IMG/VR virus record: IMGVR_UViG_3300031251_000967
Location: 1 to 64,000 of that record
DNA length: 64,000 nt
Source: a virus
Direction: 5' to 3' (one strand)
Both the position numbers and the translations under genes were made by a program. The notes below the pieces were generated by a model. It saw only the letters and a list, made by a program, of their open reading frames with translations, made no database searches and was not told the DNA's origin. Below are positions 17,698-27,846 of this stretch, one piece after another (position 1 is the stretch's first letter; every line of letters starts with the position of its first letter).

Positions 17698-19832
17698 CAG
17701 TGCCACACGCGGACGTAGTCAACGTCCATCGGCCAGTTCGTATCGGTGCCGAGGATCACCGGCATGTGGTGGGCATCGCCGACCGAGTAGGTTCCGCCCT
17801 GCGACCACGTCGTCGTGCCGATCAAGTTGCCGTCGAGGTAATACTTGACGTATCCCGAATTCGGCGTGGCCGTCGCCGGCTTCCACGCGGCGCCGAAGAC
17901 GTGCCAGTTGCCATCGGAAGCCCCTTCGGCTGTATGCAGGTCCTGCGTGCCGCCGGGCCAATCGTGAGTGGTCGCTCCATACGCGGTCGCCGACCCGCCG
18001 AAGTTCCACATAAGGAACTCCATGAAGTCGGACTCGAACCACCGCGTGCCGTTGCCCCCGAACAGGTGCTCCGCAGACATCGTCCAGAAGGACGGCCACC
18101 CTCCGGTGCTGCCGCGGGTCGAGGCGTTGAAGCGGATGCGCGCCTCGAAATACGCTCCTCCGCCTTGCGCGAAGCCCTGCCAGCTCGACCCGCTGGAGCC
18201 GACCGTCGCGATAGAGTAGTTCGGCCCCGTGCCATCGCATTTGATGGTGGCGTACCCGTTCTGAACGGAGACGCACGACCCGGAGAGCGCGGACCAGCCG
18301 AACGGCCGGTCGAAGTACCACTTGAAGCCAGCGGCGCGGGTGCCGTTGACATCGAAAGTGCTGATCGAATCCATCTCGTCGTCGAAGACGAGATTGGTGA
18401 AACCGGCCGCCACCGCAGCGGGCGGCGCGGTGATCGTCGAGGACGGCGGCGGGGACGTACTGCCACCGCCGCCGCTGCTCTTCAGCGCATTGCCGACGAC
18501 ACCGGCGATCTGGTCGCCGAGCCACGGATAACCCACCGTGTCGTTCGGGTGCAGGCCGTCCGCAAGGCCAGTTGACGACGGGAAGTTGCTGCTGTCGTCG
18601 ACCAGATAGACGTGATAACTGGACGAGGACCGCGCGGAGATGACTGAGCCGACGCCCGCGTTGAACCCGCTTTCGTCGACCGCCATGGATCCGGTGCGCG
18701 GCAGCAGGTTCGAGACGACGATGTACGCGTTCGGTACCTTGCCGTGGATGGCGTCGAGGAGGACGCCCATCCGTGTCAGAAGTGCCGACGTGCCGCCGCT
18801 CGTGTAGCTGGCATAGGCCGGCGCGTTCTTGGCCCCTGAGTACCCGGAGTTGTCGTTCGTGCCGATCTCGACCACGACGACGTTCGGGTTGGACGCCAGG
18901 ATGCTGGGAGAGGCGTTGACCTTGTCGATGAGGTCGTCGACGCCCTTGCCCGGATAGCCATCATGGCTGTAGGTGCCGTCGGATTGCGTCCCGACATACG
19001 TGACGGTGATGCCGGACTGCGCGAGCTTGGTCTTGAGTTCCGGGCGATAGCTCAGCCCCGCGCCGCCCTGCCCCGCGGTAATGCTGTCGCCAAGCCCGGC
19101 GACGGTAATCGAGGTTAGCGCGGGAGTCCCGGTGGCGTTGTTGGCGACGGTCAGGCTCAGCGGGGCGGACGCCGAATGCGTCGGCTGTTGGTCTGGCGAA
19201 GCGCCGCCGTTGATCCACGCCGCAACGTCCCACGCATTGACCGAGAGCGAGTTCGGGCCGTTCGGCAGACCGTTCGTGTCGTAGGAGAGCGTGACGAGGC
19301 CGCTCGTCCCGGCCGGCGCACCGCCCGCCAGCTTCTTGTTCGTCGAGTCCCATAGCTCGACGTTCAGCATCCCCGGCGCTTGCACCGAGAACTGCGTGAT
19401 GCCGGTGACGGTCGCCCCGGAAGCGGGGGAGAGAACGGAAACCGTGTACTGGGCCGGGGCAGGCGTTGCGAGCGCGGTTCCAATGGTCGCGATCGGCGCC
19501 CACAGCCCAGGCGTGCCGGCCTGAACGTTCACCCACCCGAGAGGCGCACCGGTGGCCGGGCTTGAGTTGTAGATGATCGTCCCGACCGAGTACGTCCCGA
19601 CCGACGGCGGCGCGGACATAGAGGGCGGAGCGAAATTTTGCCTGATCGACGAGAGCGGCGTCTGGACGAGCGTCTTGACGCCGCCGATCGTCTGCACCGT
19701 CAGAACGGTTTCCGTCCCCTGAAGCGCTGCGGCCTGATTCAGGTTCAGCACGGACGTGTCGGCGCGTGCCGTTACGTTCGCGCTCAGCGCGCACGCCAGC
19801 AGCGCCGCCAGACCAAGCAATCTGCGGATCAT
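17697..19832 (-). CDS. Signal-peptide protein with Ig-like, SGNH hydrolase and GH16-like domains
   Basis: MIRRLLGLAALLACALSANVTARA; GDSIT/GTND/DGLHP; WPSFW and ESDFME (ExDxxE). Confidence 0.85.
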   Translation of the reverse strand: MIRRLLGLAALLACALSANVTARADTSVLNLNQAAALQGTETVLTVQTIGGVKTLVQTPLSSIRQNFAPPSMSAPPSVGTYSVGTIIYNSSPATGAPLGWVNVQAGTPGLWAPIATIGTALATPAPAQYTVSVLSPASGATVTGITQFSVQAPGMLNVELWDSTNKKLAGGAPAGTSGLVTLSYDTNGLPNGPNSLSVNAWDVAAWINGGASPDQQPTHSASAPLSLTVANNATGTPALTSITVAGLGDSITAGQGGAGLSYRPELKTKLAQSGITVTYVGTQSDGTYSHDGYPGKGVDDLIDKVNASPSILASNPNVVVVEIGTNDNSGYSGAKNAPAYASYTSGGTSALLTRMGVLLDAIHGKVPNAYIVVSNLLPRTGSMAVDESGFNAGVGSVISARSSSSYHVYLVDDSSNFPSSTGLADGLHPNDTVGYPWLGDQIAGVVGNALKSSGGGGSTSPPPSSTITAPPAAVAAGFTNLVFDDEMDSISTFDVNGTRAAGFKWYFDRPFGWSALSGSCVSVQNGYATIKCDGTGPNYSIATVGSSGSSWQGFAQGGGAYFEARIRFNASTRGSTGGWPSFWTMSAEHLFGGNGTRWFESDFMEFLMWNFGGSATAYGATTHDWPGGTQDLHTAEGASDGNWHVFGAAWKPATATPNSGYVKYYLDGNLIGTTTWSQGGTYSVGDAHHMPVILGTDTNWPMDVDYVRVWH

Positions 19833-19856
19833 CGGTAGCCTCAAGGTTCGGTAGGG

Positions 19857-20417
19857 TTATTCTTGCTCGTTCGGCACTTCGGTATTGATCGTGCTGGAGC
19901 CGGTCTGGACGTTCTTCACCTGATGGTGGTGCCCGTCGTAGATCGTCCTCATGCTCTGCATGCTGCGCGGCGTGGCCGCATCGCAGCGGTCGGTAATGTC
20001 GCCGGTGACGAACAGGTTCGCGGTCTCCATCCGGACACTCGGCGTATCCGTGATCTTGATCGGCAGGCCGCCCCCGTCGATTACGATGCCCGACCGCGTC
20101 AGGTGAACCTTTTGACCAAGGTCGTCATGGACTGCCGCCTCACCGTCGGCGAGGTGTAGCCGGTAGCGCTGGTCGCCGGTAGCGATGACGACGCCGCTCG
20201 ACCGGTCTCCAGAGATGAATAGGGCGACGGCATCCGCGCCGGGGTGCGGGCGGGAGGTGAACCCGTACTCGGCAAGCCGCGGTGTGCCGTCCCGCACCTC
20301 GTCGGCACCAAGCCGAATCTGCACGATCTGCACCGCGCCGGAATCGTCGGTCGTGGTGATCCGCCCGCGGCCGATCGCCATCATCAACCTTCGATAGATC
20401 CGGTCGACAATGTCCAT
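19857..20417 (-). CDS. Baseplate spike, Mu gp45/gpV
   Basis: EYGFTSRPHPGADAV, GEAAVHDDLGQ, terminal YDGHHH. Confidence 0.92.
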   Translation of the reverse strand: MDIVDRIYRRLMMAIGRGRITTTDDSGAVQIVQIRLGADEVRDGTPRLAEYGFTSRPHPGADAVALFISGDRSSGVVIATGDQRYRLHLADGEAAVHDDLGQKVHLTRSGIVIDGGGLPIKITDTPSVRMETANLFVTGDITDRCDAATPRSMQSMRTIYDGHHHQVKNVQTGSSTINTEVPNEQE

Positions 20418-20457
20418 TAATCTTCGCCTTCTCAGTTCACTCGGTCAGGGGTTCCCG

Positions 20458-21156
20458 ATGCCGTCGAAACTCATCATCACCCTCGCAGCGGTGCTGGTCT
20501 GTGCGGGATGCGCGCCCGACCGTGAGGCGGCACGAGCGCAATACTTCGCGCAGCGTCAGGCCGAGGAGCGCGCCCGCGAAGAAGCCGGAGCAGCGCGGCG
20601 ACATGCAGAAGAACAAGCTCGGCAGGATGCTCTTGCTGCTAACGAGCGGGCGGCGGCCGAGGAACGCGCGCGGCGCGTTATCCAAGACCAGCGCGAACAG
20701 GAGCAGCGCGAAGCCGATCAGCGGGCAACCGCCGAACAAAAGCTGGTCGCCGCCCGCGTGGAAAAAGAACGCGGTTACAAGCGGATGTCGCTTGGCGATT
20801 TTCTTGTCGACTGGCGCGACATGCCGACTGGCACCCACGTTTCCGTCACTGCCCTACACACCTTTGCCGGATCAGTGAGCGTTCTATCCACGGGCGTGCT
20901 AGGGAACCCGATTGTCGTCTTGCTTACCGATGGACTCCCGCGCCAGAGCCGAAAGATGCTTTTGGACTGCCACGCCTACAATACGTGGTGTCGCATTCGC
21001 ATCCGCGGTCGAACCGGATGTGCCGCGACCAGGGACGGTATTCCTTCAGGCGAGGCGTGCCTTATCGCTGAATCTGTTGCCGATAACGACGAGCCAAGCC
21101 CATATGCCCCGGCCCGGGTCCACTACGATCTGCCGGACGGCAGGAGGAATCCTTAA
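20458..21156 (+). CDS. Lipoprotein moron
   Basis: Lipobox VCAGC, coiled coil, C-terminal globular domain; antisense to tail operon. Confidence 0.7.
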   Translation: MPSKLIITLAAVLVCAGCAPDREAARAQYFAQRQAEERAREEAGAARRHAEEQARQDALAANERAAAEERARRVIQDQREQEQREADQRATAEQKLVAARVEKERGYKRMSLGDFLVDWRDMPTGTHVSVTALHTFAGSVSVLSTGVLGNPIVVLLTDGLPRQSRKMLLDCHAYNTWCRIRIRGRTGCAATRDGIPSGEACLIAESVADNDEPSPYAPARVHYDLPDGRRNP

Positions 21157-22538
21157 CTCGCGAGGGCGCGGAACGACGTCGGCATGAAGCCCGGATGCAC
21201 CACGTCCGCTTCGGCAATCAGCTCATCCGCCCGCGAGGCGTCCTGATAGAGCTTCATGGCGATGAGCGGCGCCGGCAGCGGCGCGGCGAAAGAAACCGTG
21301 ATGACGCGTGGAAGCCCGGCCCCGCGGGCATTCATGTCGGCGACCACCGCCGCCTTCAGCGCCCGGAAGGCTGAGAACACCGAGTCCTCTCCCTGATCGC
21401 CCGCCGTATCGATCTCGGCATCAAGGAGCGTCACCACCGCATCTCGTACCGTTGCCGCGTCATCCTGGCTTGCCGGCTGATAGGCTGCTGTCGCGCGTGC
21501 CAGCGCAGACACCGCCGCGCGCCGCCACAGGTCGGAAGTCGCGGATTGCGCGGTCGCGACCGATGCCGACCCCTGAGACACGAGCGGAACGAAGGTCGCG
21601 AGAACTTGAAAGATCCGAACCCGGTCGGCGGGATCCGATGTGGCGCTTCCGAGCGTCGCCATCACCGCCTGAGCCTTGGCCCCCAGATCGGCAGTCGTGC
21701 TGGCACTCAGCGACGCTGCCGAGGACTGCGCCGCTGATACAGCCGCCGTCGCATTCGCCCGCGACTGCGCGCCTGACGCGATCAGGTCGGATACCGTTTT
21801 CGGTGGCTTGCTTGTGGCGGAACTATCCCCGGTCACGCCCAGAAGCGTCGCGGACGCACCATCGAAGAACCGCCCGAACTCTCCTGGAAGCGCCTGGACA
21901 GTCCGAAAGAGAGACGTGGCGTCCGCAACCAGCGAAAACGCCTGCCCGCCATATTGCTGAACCGTGCCTACCACGGACTGCACGACGGCAGCCCCTTGCT
22001 GAAGCGCTGCCGCTATGCGGCTGCCGAAGCTGTCTGCGGCTGCGCTATCGGCATCGTCGGCGGCGGCAAGCGTCTCCTGCGGGGTTGCGGTGATGGAAAC
22101 CGGGTAGATGCGAGGCGTCGAGTTGACGAACGAGAATTCCAACTCGGCGAACCGGCCCTCGATCGTATGCGTGATCGCAAAATCAAGAAGTGAAAACCGG
22201 TTGCGGCCGAATTGAGGGTGGACCAGTTCTCCGCCCTGGTCATCCGAATCCCGCTGCTGACATACCGCCGCCATGCGCTTCGACTGCGCAATGACGTCGT
22301 CGCCGAGCAGGAACCCGACGATGTGGATGACCTGCCGTCCACGGCCGAGGTCTTCGACCCATGGCGCGTCGCGGTTCGGATAGTCGTGAACCACGTTCCG
22401 CCGGCCGAAGCGCGCCCGCGAGGTCGTGACGCCGAACGGCACGCCCTTCCATAACGCAGACTGAAGCTGCCCACGGTAGGACAGCCCAGCGGCGCCGAGA
22501 AGCGCGCTGACGTCGTTGATGAAGCTGCCGATCGTCAT
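21153..22538 (-). CDS. DNA circulation protein (Mu gp43/gpN-like)
   Basis: WKGVPF...GRRNVVHDYPNRDAPWVEDLGR; LYQDASRADELI...HPGFMP. Confidence 0.92.
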   Translation of the reverse strand: MTIGSFINDVSALLGAAGLSYRGQLQSALWKGVPFGVTTSRARFGRRNVVHDYPNRDAPWVEDLGRGRQVIHIVGFLLGDDVIAQSKRMAAVCQQRDSDDQGGELVHPQFGRNRFSLLDFAITHTIEGRFAELEFSFVNSTPRIYPVSITATPQETLAAADDADSAAADSFGSRIAAALQQGAAVVQSVVGTVQQYGGQAFSLVADATSLFRTVQALPGEFGRFFDGASATLLGVTGDSSATSKPPKTVSDLIASGAQSRANATAAVSAAQSSAASLSASTTADLGAKAQAVMATLGSATSDPADRVRIFQVLATFVPLVSQGSASVATAQSATSDLWRRAAVSALARATAAYQPASQDDAATVRDAVVTLLDAEIDTAGDQGEDSVFSAFRALKAAVVADMNARGAGLPRVITVSFAAPLPAPLIAMKLYQDASRADELIAEADVVHPGFMPTSFRALAS

Positions 22539-22539
22539 C

Positions 22540-23664
22540 TCAGTACGGCCCCGCGTTCAGGAGAGGCGTAATCGGCACGGGCAGCACATCGAACGCCGCC
22601 GCCGGCATAACGGTCAGCTCGGCCGCCGTTCCGCGCTCGTCACGGCGGAACATCACGGAGCCGATGACCCATTCCGTCTGGCTCGCCGCCGCGGCGTTGA
22701 CCTTGAGCGTCGGGATCCGGATCGGGATGATGGTGTTAGGCGTCCAGAGGTTTCCGGAGCCGTCCCGCCAGCTATCTACCGTGACGTGTATCTGCGTCGA
22801 CCGGCCGAACCGCCGGCTCGCTTCCCACTCTCCGCGCGCCCGCGCGTAATCGTCACCCATGCCGGCCGGTGTTTCGGCAATGATGTATTTCGGTCGGAAC
22901 CGTGGCACGCCGCCGTCTTGAATCGTCGCGACGATGTCGCCTTCGGGGTTCGCCCCGCCGTCCGCGAACGGCGAGAACGTAAGCCGGCGCACCCGATATT
23001 GGCTGTAGCGGTCGTGCATGCTGTACTGCACGCTCGCTTGCTGGATGTTCGCGCCCTCGACGACACCCGTCGACATGCTCCCGTTTCCGACGCGAGACAG
23101 GACGAGGTTGCCGTTCGCGTCCTCATAGACGAGGAGAGCCGCAAACCGGGCAATGCGCTCGATCAGTTCATAGGGCGTCTCGCCCCACATGATGACGAGC
23201 TGCGGAACCACCCGCTCCTCTCCGCTCAATTGTGAGACGGAGATTCCGAAGGGCTTGGCGAGGCTCTGCGCGATCGTCAGAACCGACTGGTTGTTGAACT
23301 GCCCCGTGGACCAGACAGCGGAGCAATCAACGAGGTCCTGCCCCCTGCCCCGGCCGACGATGCGCAACGAGTGCTGTGACGCGCTCAACCCCGGCGTAAC
23401 GCTATCGATGTAACCGGACACGACAAGATCGCGGCCGAGCCCACGGGTGATGAACACTTGGCACGGATCGCCAGGGCGCACCGGAACGTCGATGGTCGCG
23501 CTCGGATACCGCTCCGTAGCCACGATCTCGAAGACGGACGGGAAGAACTCGCACGACCGCTGAATGCGGACGCTCTCCCACCCGCCTAAGTCGTAGATAC
23601 TTGACCGGTTGAGCGGGGTTTCCGTCTGGTACGGGCCCACCCGGATAACGACATCATCATCCAT
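22540..23664 (-). CDS. Baseplate hub (Mu gp44/gpP-like)
   Basis: GWESVRI, DLVDCSA, GETPYELI, WRDGSGNLWTPN. Confidence 0.92.
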   Translation of the reverse strand: MDDDVVIRVGPYQTETPLNRSSIYDLGGWESVRIQRSCEFFPSVFEIVATERYPSATIDVPVRPGDPCQVFITRGLGRDLVVSGYIDSVTPGLSASQHSLRIVGRGRGQDLVDCSAVWSTGQFNNQSVLTIAQSLAKPFGISVSQLSGEERVVPQLVIMWGETPYELIERIARFAALLVYEDANGNLVLSRVGNGSMSTGVVEGANIQQASVQYSMHDRYSQYRVRRLTFSPFADGGANPEGDIVATIQDGGVPRFRPKYIIAETPAGMGDDYARARGEWEASRRFGRSTQIHVTVDSWRDGSGNLWTPNTIIPIRIPTLKVNAAAASQTEWVIGSVMFRRDERGTAAELTVMPAAAFDVLPVPITPLLNAGPY

Positions 23665-23673
23665 GATGGGCGC

Positions 23674-25239
23674 TTACGGGTTAACCGCGCCGGTCGGCAT
23701 GCTGTAGTGAACGCGCACCGGAGCGAAGGGAGAACTGCTGTTCGCAGAGACCGAGGAACCGGCCGGGGTCGTCACATGCACGTCGACCCGCGCGTTCTGC
23801 CCCTGGCCGCCCGATCCACCCTCGGCCATCGCCGCCTTGATGGCCTGCGCATACTGCTCTGGCGTGAACGGCTGCTTTCCCTGCTCCTGCTTGACGATCG
23901 CCGAAAGGATCGAAGCGTTCGTTTCCTCGCTGCCGTCGATCGGCGCGTTCGGCAGGATGCCGGTTCGCTCGGAGACCTTGCGGATGTAGGCTTCGGTGTC
24001 GTTCTCGTTGGCGGGAGCCCATCGGCCGACGATTCCCGAAACCGTGTTGATGCCGTGCTTCCGCTCGTAGGCGATCAGATTCCGCGCTGCCGCGTTCAGG
24101 CCGTCTTCCGGGCTGGCGTAGGTCTGGAACGCATTCTGCCCCGGCACGCGGAGATTGCCGGGGTTGTTCCGCTTGATCCCGCTCGCGCCGAGCAGATCGA
24201 CGCTGGCGGCCGTTGCCGCGCCGGTGACACCGCCGACGATCGCGCCGCCGAGCGCACCCGGCCCGGCACCGATGCCGCCGAACAAAGCGCCGATGCCGGC
24301 CCCCGTAGCCGCGCCGGCCGCCGCGCCGCCAGCCGCACCACTGAGGATCACGCCAAGGTGAGCGAGTGGCCCAAGCGACTGCGTCGCCTTGTTCGCCCTC
24401 TCCGCCAGATCGCCGAGCCAGTCGACGATCTTCTTGAGACCGGGCGCTAGGATCAGTTCCGCGTTCTCCGCCGCGCCGGTCATGTTCTCGCCGAGCTTGG
24501 AGAGCGACTTGCCGAGAGATGATCCGGCATCCGCCGCAGCCCCTGCGTTCGGGCGGAACTGCGCAGCCGAGTTCGTGAGCTGGTCCATATTCTCGACGAG
24601 CCGCCGGATATCCTCCGGCTGGCCAAGGGCGTTCAGGATGGCGTTCTTGCCCTGCACCGTCGGAGCGCGCTCAAGAGCCCGCGCCAGGTCGCGGTAAGCC
24701 GACGCCACGTCCGCTTGGCCGTTGGCGTCGTACTTGGCGCGGATGCCGAGCTGGGCGAAGTAGCCGGCCATCTGAGGATTGCGGCCCGACAGCACGTCGC
24801 CGATGTTCTTCGCCATCGCGGACGCGCCCTGCGTCGCCGTCTCACCCGACAAGCCGCCAAGGCGAGCCGCCGACTGGAAGCGGGCAAGCTGGTCCGCGCC
24901 GATCCCGATCCGGTATGCTGTGTTCGTCGCCTGCAAGCCCATGTCCGCCCACTGCCGCGTGAGCGCGGCGAGACCAGACACGGTGCCGATACCGGCCAGC
25001 GATCCGGCAGCGCCGCTGACAGATCCGAGCTTGTCCAACATCGCGTTTGCAGCGGTGCCGGCCGAACTCAGCGACTTCGCAACCTTATCGAGCCCGGTAT
25101 CCTTGCCGATCTTGGACAGCACGTCCTGCGTGTTGCGGATCGGCTTCGTGAACTTCTCAACCGCCGCGGTGACCTTGTTGATGATCGCCGACGCGTTGTC
25201 GGCGGCGGTGATGTTGATTGCAAAAGCGTTCGCCATCAC
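23674..25239 (-). CDS. Tape measure protein with C-terminal lysozyme-like domain
   Basis: Ala/Gly helical body; RNNPGNLR...RWAPANENDTEAY. Confidence 0.88.
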   Translation of the reverse strand: MMANAFAINITAADNASAIINKVTAAVEKFTKPIRNTQDVLSKIGKDTGLDKVAKSLSSAGTAANAMLDKLGSVSGAAGSLAGIGTVSGLAALTRQWADMGLQATNTAYRIGIGADQLARFQSAARLGGLSGETATQGASAMAKNIGDVLSGRNPQMAGYFAQLGIRAKYDANGQADVASAYRDLARALERAPTVQGKNAILNALGQPEDIRRLVENMDQLTNSAAQFRPNAGAAADAGSSLGKSLSKLGENMTGAAENAELILAPGLKKIVDWLGDLAERANKATQSLGPLAHLGVILSGAAGGAAAGAATGAGIGALFGGIGAGPGALGGAIVGGVTGAATAASVDLLGASGIKRNNPGNLRVPGQNAFQTYASPEDGLNAAARNLIAYERKHGINTVSGIVGRWAPANENDTEAYIRKVSERTGILPNAPIDGSEETNASILSAIVKQEQGKQPFTPEQYAQAIKAAMAEGGSGGQGQNARVDVHVTTPAGSSVSANSSSPFAPVRVHYSMPTGAVNP

Positions 25240-25391
25240 GCGCCGTCCTTACCGTTCATCCGCACCGCTTGAGCGGTCCACCACTGGATTTCCGACCACG
25301 TCAGAGACCAAGCGTCCTTTGGCCCCCACCCGTAGAACTTCGTCAGGTCTGCGACGGAGTCTCGCCAGTCTCGGGGGAGGCGTTCATAAAA
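25236..25391 (-). CDS. GpE'-like extension of tail chaperone (probable -1 frameshift product)
   Basis: -1 frame reads ...VADLTKFYGWGPKDAWSLTWSEIQWW...; ends at tape measure start. Confidence 0.7.
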   Translation of the reverse strand, partial: FYERLPRDWRDSVADLTKFYGWGPKDAWSLTWSEIQWWTAQAVRMNGKDGA

Positions 25392-25639
25392 GCCCCGAGA
25401 TATTCCGACGCCGCGTTGAAGTCGCGCGCGCCGAGCTTTTCCAAGAAAGGCTTGTCGATGCCGGTGATGAGGTTGATCAGCAGCAGCGTCGCGGAGACGC
25501 CGCCGTCCCGCGCAATGGCTCGGGTGAACTTGTCCAGTTCGCCGGCCGTAGGCTCGCGGAGAGCGAGGCTCTGCACCTCGCCCTTTGCTGTCACCAGCGG
25601 CTTGCGGAGGGCGATCGTCAGTTCGTCCTTTAGGTCCAC
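25343..25639 (-). CDS. Tail assembly chaperone (Mu gp41/gpE-like)
   Basis: LRKPL...LALREPTAGEL...LGARDF. Confidence 0.88.
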   Translation of the reverse strand: MDLKDELTIALRKPLVTAKGEVQSLALREPTAGELDKFTRAIARDGGVSATLLLINLITGIDKPFLEKLGARDFNAASEYLGAFMNASPETGETPSQT

Positions 25640-25640
25640 G

Positions 25641-26018
25641 TCAGATCTCCGTCACGCGAGGCGCTTCCCACTTCACGTCAAGGGTCGCTTCGGCTGAATC
25701 CACGTCCTGCGCGTCGACGGTCCAGGCGCCGGAAGCCATTACCGTCTTGCCGTTCGCGAGTTGCAGCACGACAGTTTCATCGGTCATAGCATTCAGGGCC
25801 GCAACACTGAGTCCGCCCCCATCACGCAGTGACGCCACGATGTTTCCAGGGACCGGCGTCTCCTTGAATCCATGGACGCCGTCCATGCCGACGACGGTCT
25901 CGCGCGTGACGGTCGAGACCCTGTACCCCGCCTTTCCGGCCACCTGATACGGCGTCCCATTAATCGACAGGTATGCGATGCCGGCGAGAAAGTTCGGCGT
26001 GCCGACTTGGCTGGTCAT
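25641..26018 (-). CDS. Tail tube protein
   Basis: RETVVGMDGVHGFKETP, LQLANGK. Confidence 0.92.
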   Translation of the reverse strand: MTSQVGTPNFLAGIAYLSINGTPYQVAGKAGYRVSTVTRETVVGMDGVHGFKETPVPGNIVASLRDGGGLSVAALNAMTDETVVLQLANGKTVMASGAWTVDAQDVDSAEATLDVKWEAPRVTEI

Positions 26019-26037
26019 GGCGAATTATCCTTCCGGC

Positions 26038-27843
26038 TTACGAGAGGCGGAACTGCGCGAGCAGGGCGAAGATATCAAGCTGCTCGATCAAGGTCGGTGG
26101 GAAGAGCACGTCCACGCGGTTCGGATTGGACGGGTTGATCTGCACGATCAGTGCCTGAGCAAATTCCTTGCTCTTCTGGACCTGCCCTTCCGCTTCGAGC
26201 TTCTGATACTCGGAGATGATGTCCGCCTTGATGATCTTCGGCGTGACGATGTTCGAGCCGGCCGCAAACTGCGTCCCATCTGCGGCCAGCTTCACCCGCG
26301 CATATTTGGTCGTGACCACGGAGGCGAGGCGCCGCAGGATGTACATCAACTGGTACATCGTGTTGACGCGCAAATAGCTGTCGTCCGGCTGCCCGAAGCT
26401 ATTCTGCTGGTACGTGGTGATGAGCCGCTGAATGAGCACGTTCCCGGCGGCATCGACCTTGTATGTGGAAACGCCGCTGTAAAGGAGACTGTTCTCGCTT
26501 GACAGATTGAACCGCGACTGAACGGGCGGTGCGAGAACGTCCTGAAGGACAACATCACGGATCGGGATGCCAGGGTCGGCGCGAACGCTGATCGCAGTCT
26601 GCGCAGCGATGGCCGAAGCCCACTTCCATGAAGGTGTCGGCGAGTCATGGAAACCCATGTTCGACCCGTGCTGGTCGTTCCGGGTCGGGCCAAACGCCAT
26701 CTGATTGGCGAGATTGCCGCGATAGGCGTAGAAGAAACCGCCGTAGATTTGCGACGCCCACGACCACCGTCCCGACGTGTCGTTGAGGAACGCCTGGAGC
26801 GCATTCAGCGTGGTCGCATCGGTGTACGGGCATGCGATGAAGTCGAACGGCATGTCGCCGAGGTTCGCCAGCAGCGCCGCGATGCTCGGCGTGCCGGTGC
26901 CGCCCGACATCGGCACGATCGCAACCTGCATGCCGGTCGGAAGGGACTGCCCGCCGGCCGTTCCGAGGTAGTTCACCCGAAGGTCGATTTCGTTGCCAAC
27001 CACGCCGCCGTTCTTGGCGGTGAGGGTGACGACGGCGCTTGCGGCCGAAGCGGTCACGGCCAGATCGTTGTTCGCGTTCACCGCTGCGGCAATGGCGCTC
27101 GCCACCTGAGACGTGGTCGCGCTCGCCGCGACGGTCACCGGGACGTAGATACCGCCCACGTACAGCGCCAGCGTCCCATTGGCGGTCGGCGGGTTGGTCA
27201 CGGTAATCGTACCGGTCGCCTGAATAGCCGTCACGCCTCCCGAGAGCGTCGCGCCGGAAAGCGTGATCGCGGTCGATGACTTGGCGAGCGACAGACCGTT
27301 GCCGGCGCTGCCGCGCGTAACGGAAGTGATGTTCAACACCGAGCCGACGACGGCATAGGTGCACTTGACGATGTTCGTATCGGCCGAGGTCTGGAGGAAG
27401 CCCAGCAGGTTCGCCAGCGTCTGCGCCAGCGTGGATCCGATGAGAACCTGAAGTCCGCTCGGAGCGGACGAGACGAAGGTGACGGCCGTTCCAGCGATCG
27501 TCAGCGTGTCGTTGGCGGCCGGGTTCGCCGAGAAGGTCGCGGAGCCGGTGGCGGCAGTATTGTCGGACAGCGGGCCGTACCAGAACTCGCCGAACGTGTC
27601 GTTCCGGCGGTAGGCATAGGCCATCTGCGCCAGGACGGATCCCTGACCGCACACGCTTTTGGCATCGGTCACGCCAGCGGAGATTACCGGGATATCCGGC
27701 GCCAGGGTTCCGGCGCTCGTGATTTGCCCGATCAGCAAGGCGCGCTGATTGATCGTCGCCGTGTTCGCCTGACTCGGGTCGACTTCGGCGTAAAACAGGG
27801 GCACCCGGATGCCGGCCGGGATGTTCTTGAATGCTAGCGTCAC
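26038..27843 (-). CDS. Tail sheath protein (Mu gpL-like)
   Basis: [38 protein letters not shown]. Confidence 0.95.
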   Translation of the reverse strand: MTLAFKNIPAGIRVPLFYAEVDPSQANTATINQRALLIGQITSAGTLAPDIPVISAGVTDAKSVCGQGSVLAQMAYAYRRNDTFGEFWYGPLSDNTAATGSATFSANPAANDTLTIAGTAVTFVSSAPSGLQVLIGSTLAQTLANLLGFLQTSADTNIVKCTYAVVGSVLNITSVTRGSAGNGLSLAKSSTAITLSGATLSGGVTAIQATGTITVTNPPTANGTLALYVGGIYVPVTVAASATTSQVASAIAAAVNANNDLAVTASAASAVVTLTAKNGGVVGNEIDLRVNYLGTAGGQSLPTGMQVAIVPMSGGTGTPSIAALLANLGDMPFDFIACPYTDATTLNALQAFLNDTSGRWSWASQIYGGFFYAYRGNLANQMAFGPTRNDQHGSNMGFHDSPTPSWKWASAIAAQTAISVRADPGIPIRDVVLQDVLAPPVQSRFNLSSENSLLYSGVSTYKVDAAGNVLIQRLITTYQQNSFGQPDDSYLRVNTMYQLMYILRRLASVVTTKYARVKLAADGTQFAAGSNIVTPKIIKADIISEYQKLEAEGQVQKSKEFAQALIVQINPSNPNRVDVLFPPTLIEQLDIFALLAQFRLS

Positions 27844-27846
27844 GGG

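Noticed and set aside
26038-27843. Extra ~105-aa domain in the tail sheath
   Set aside because: Domain insertions in sheaths are common; low novelty
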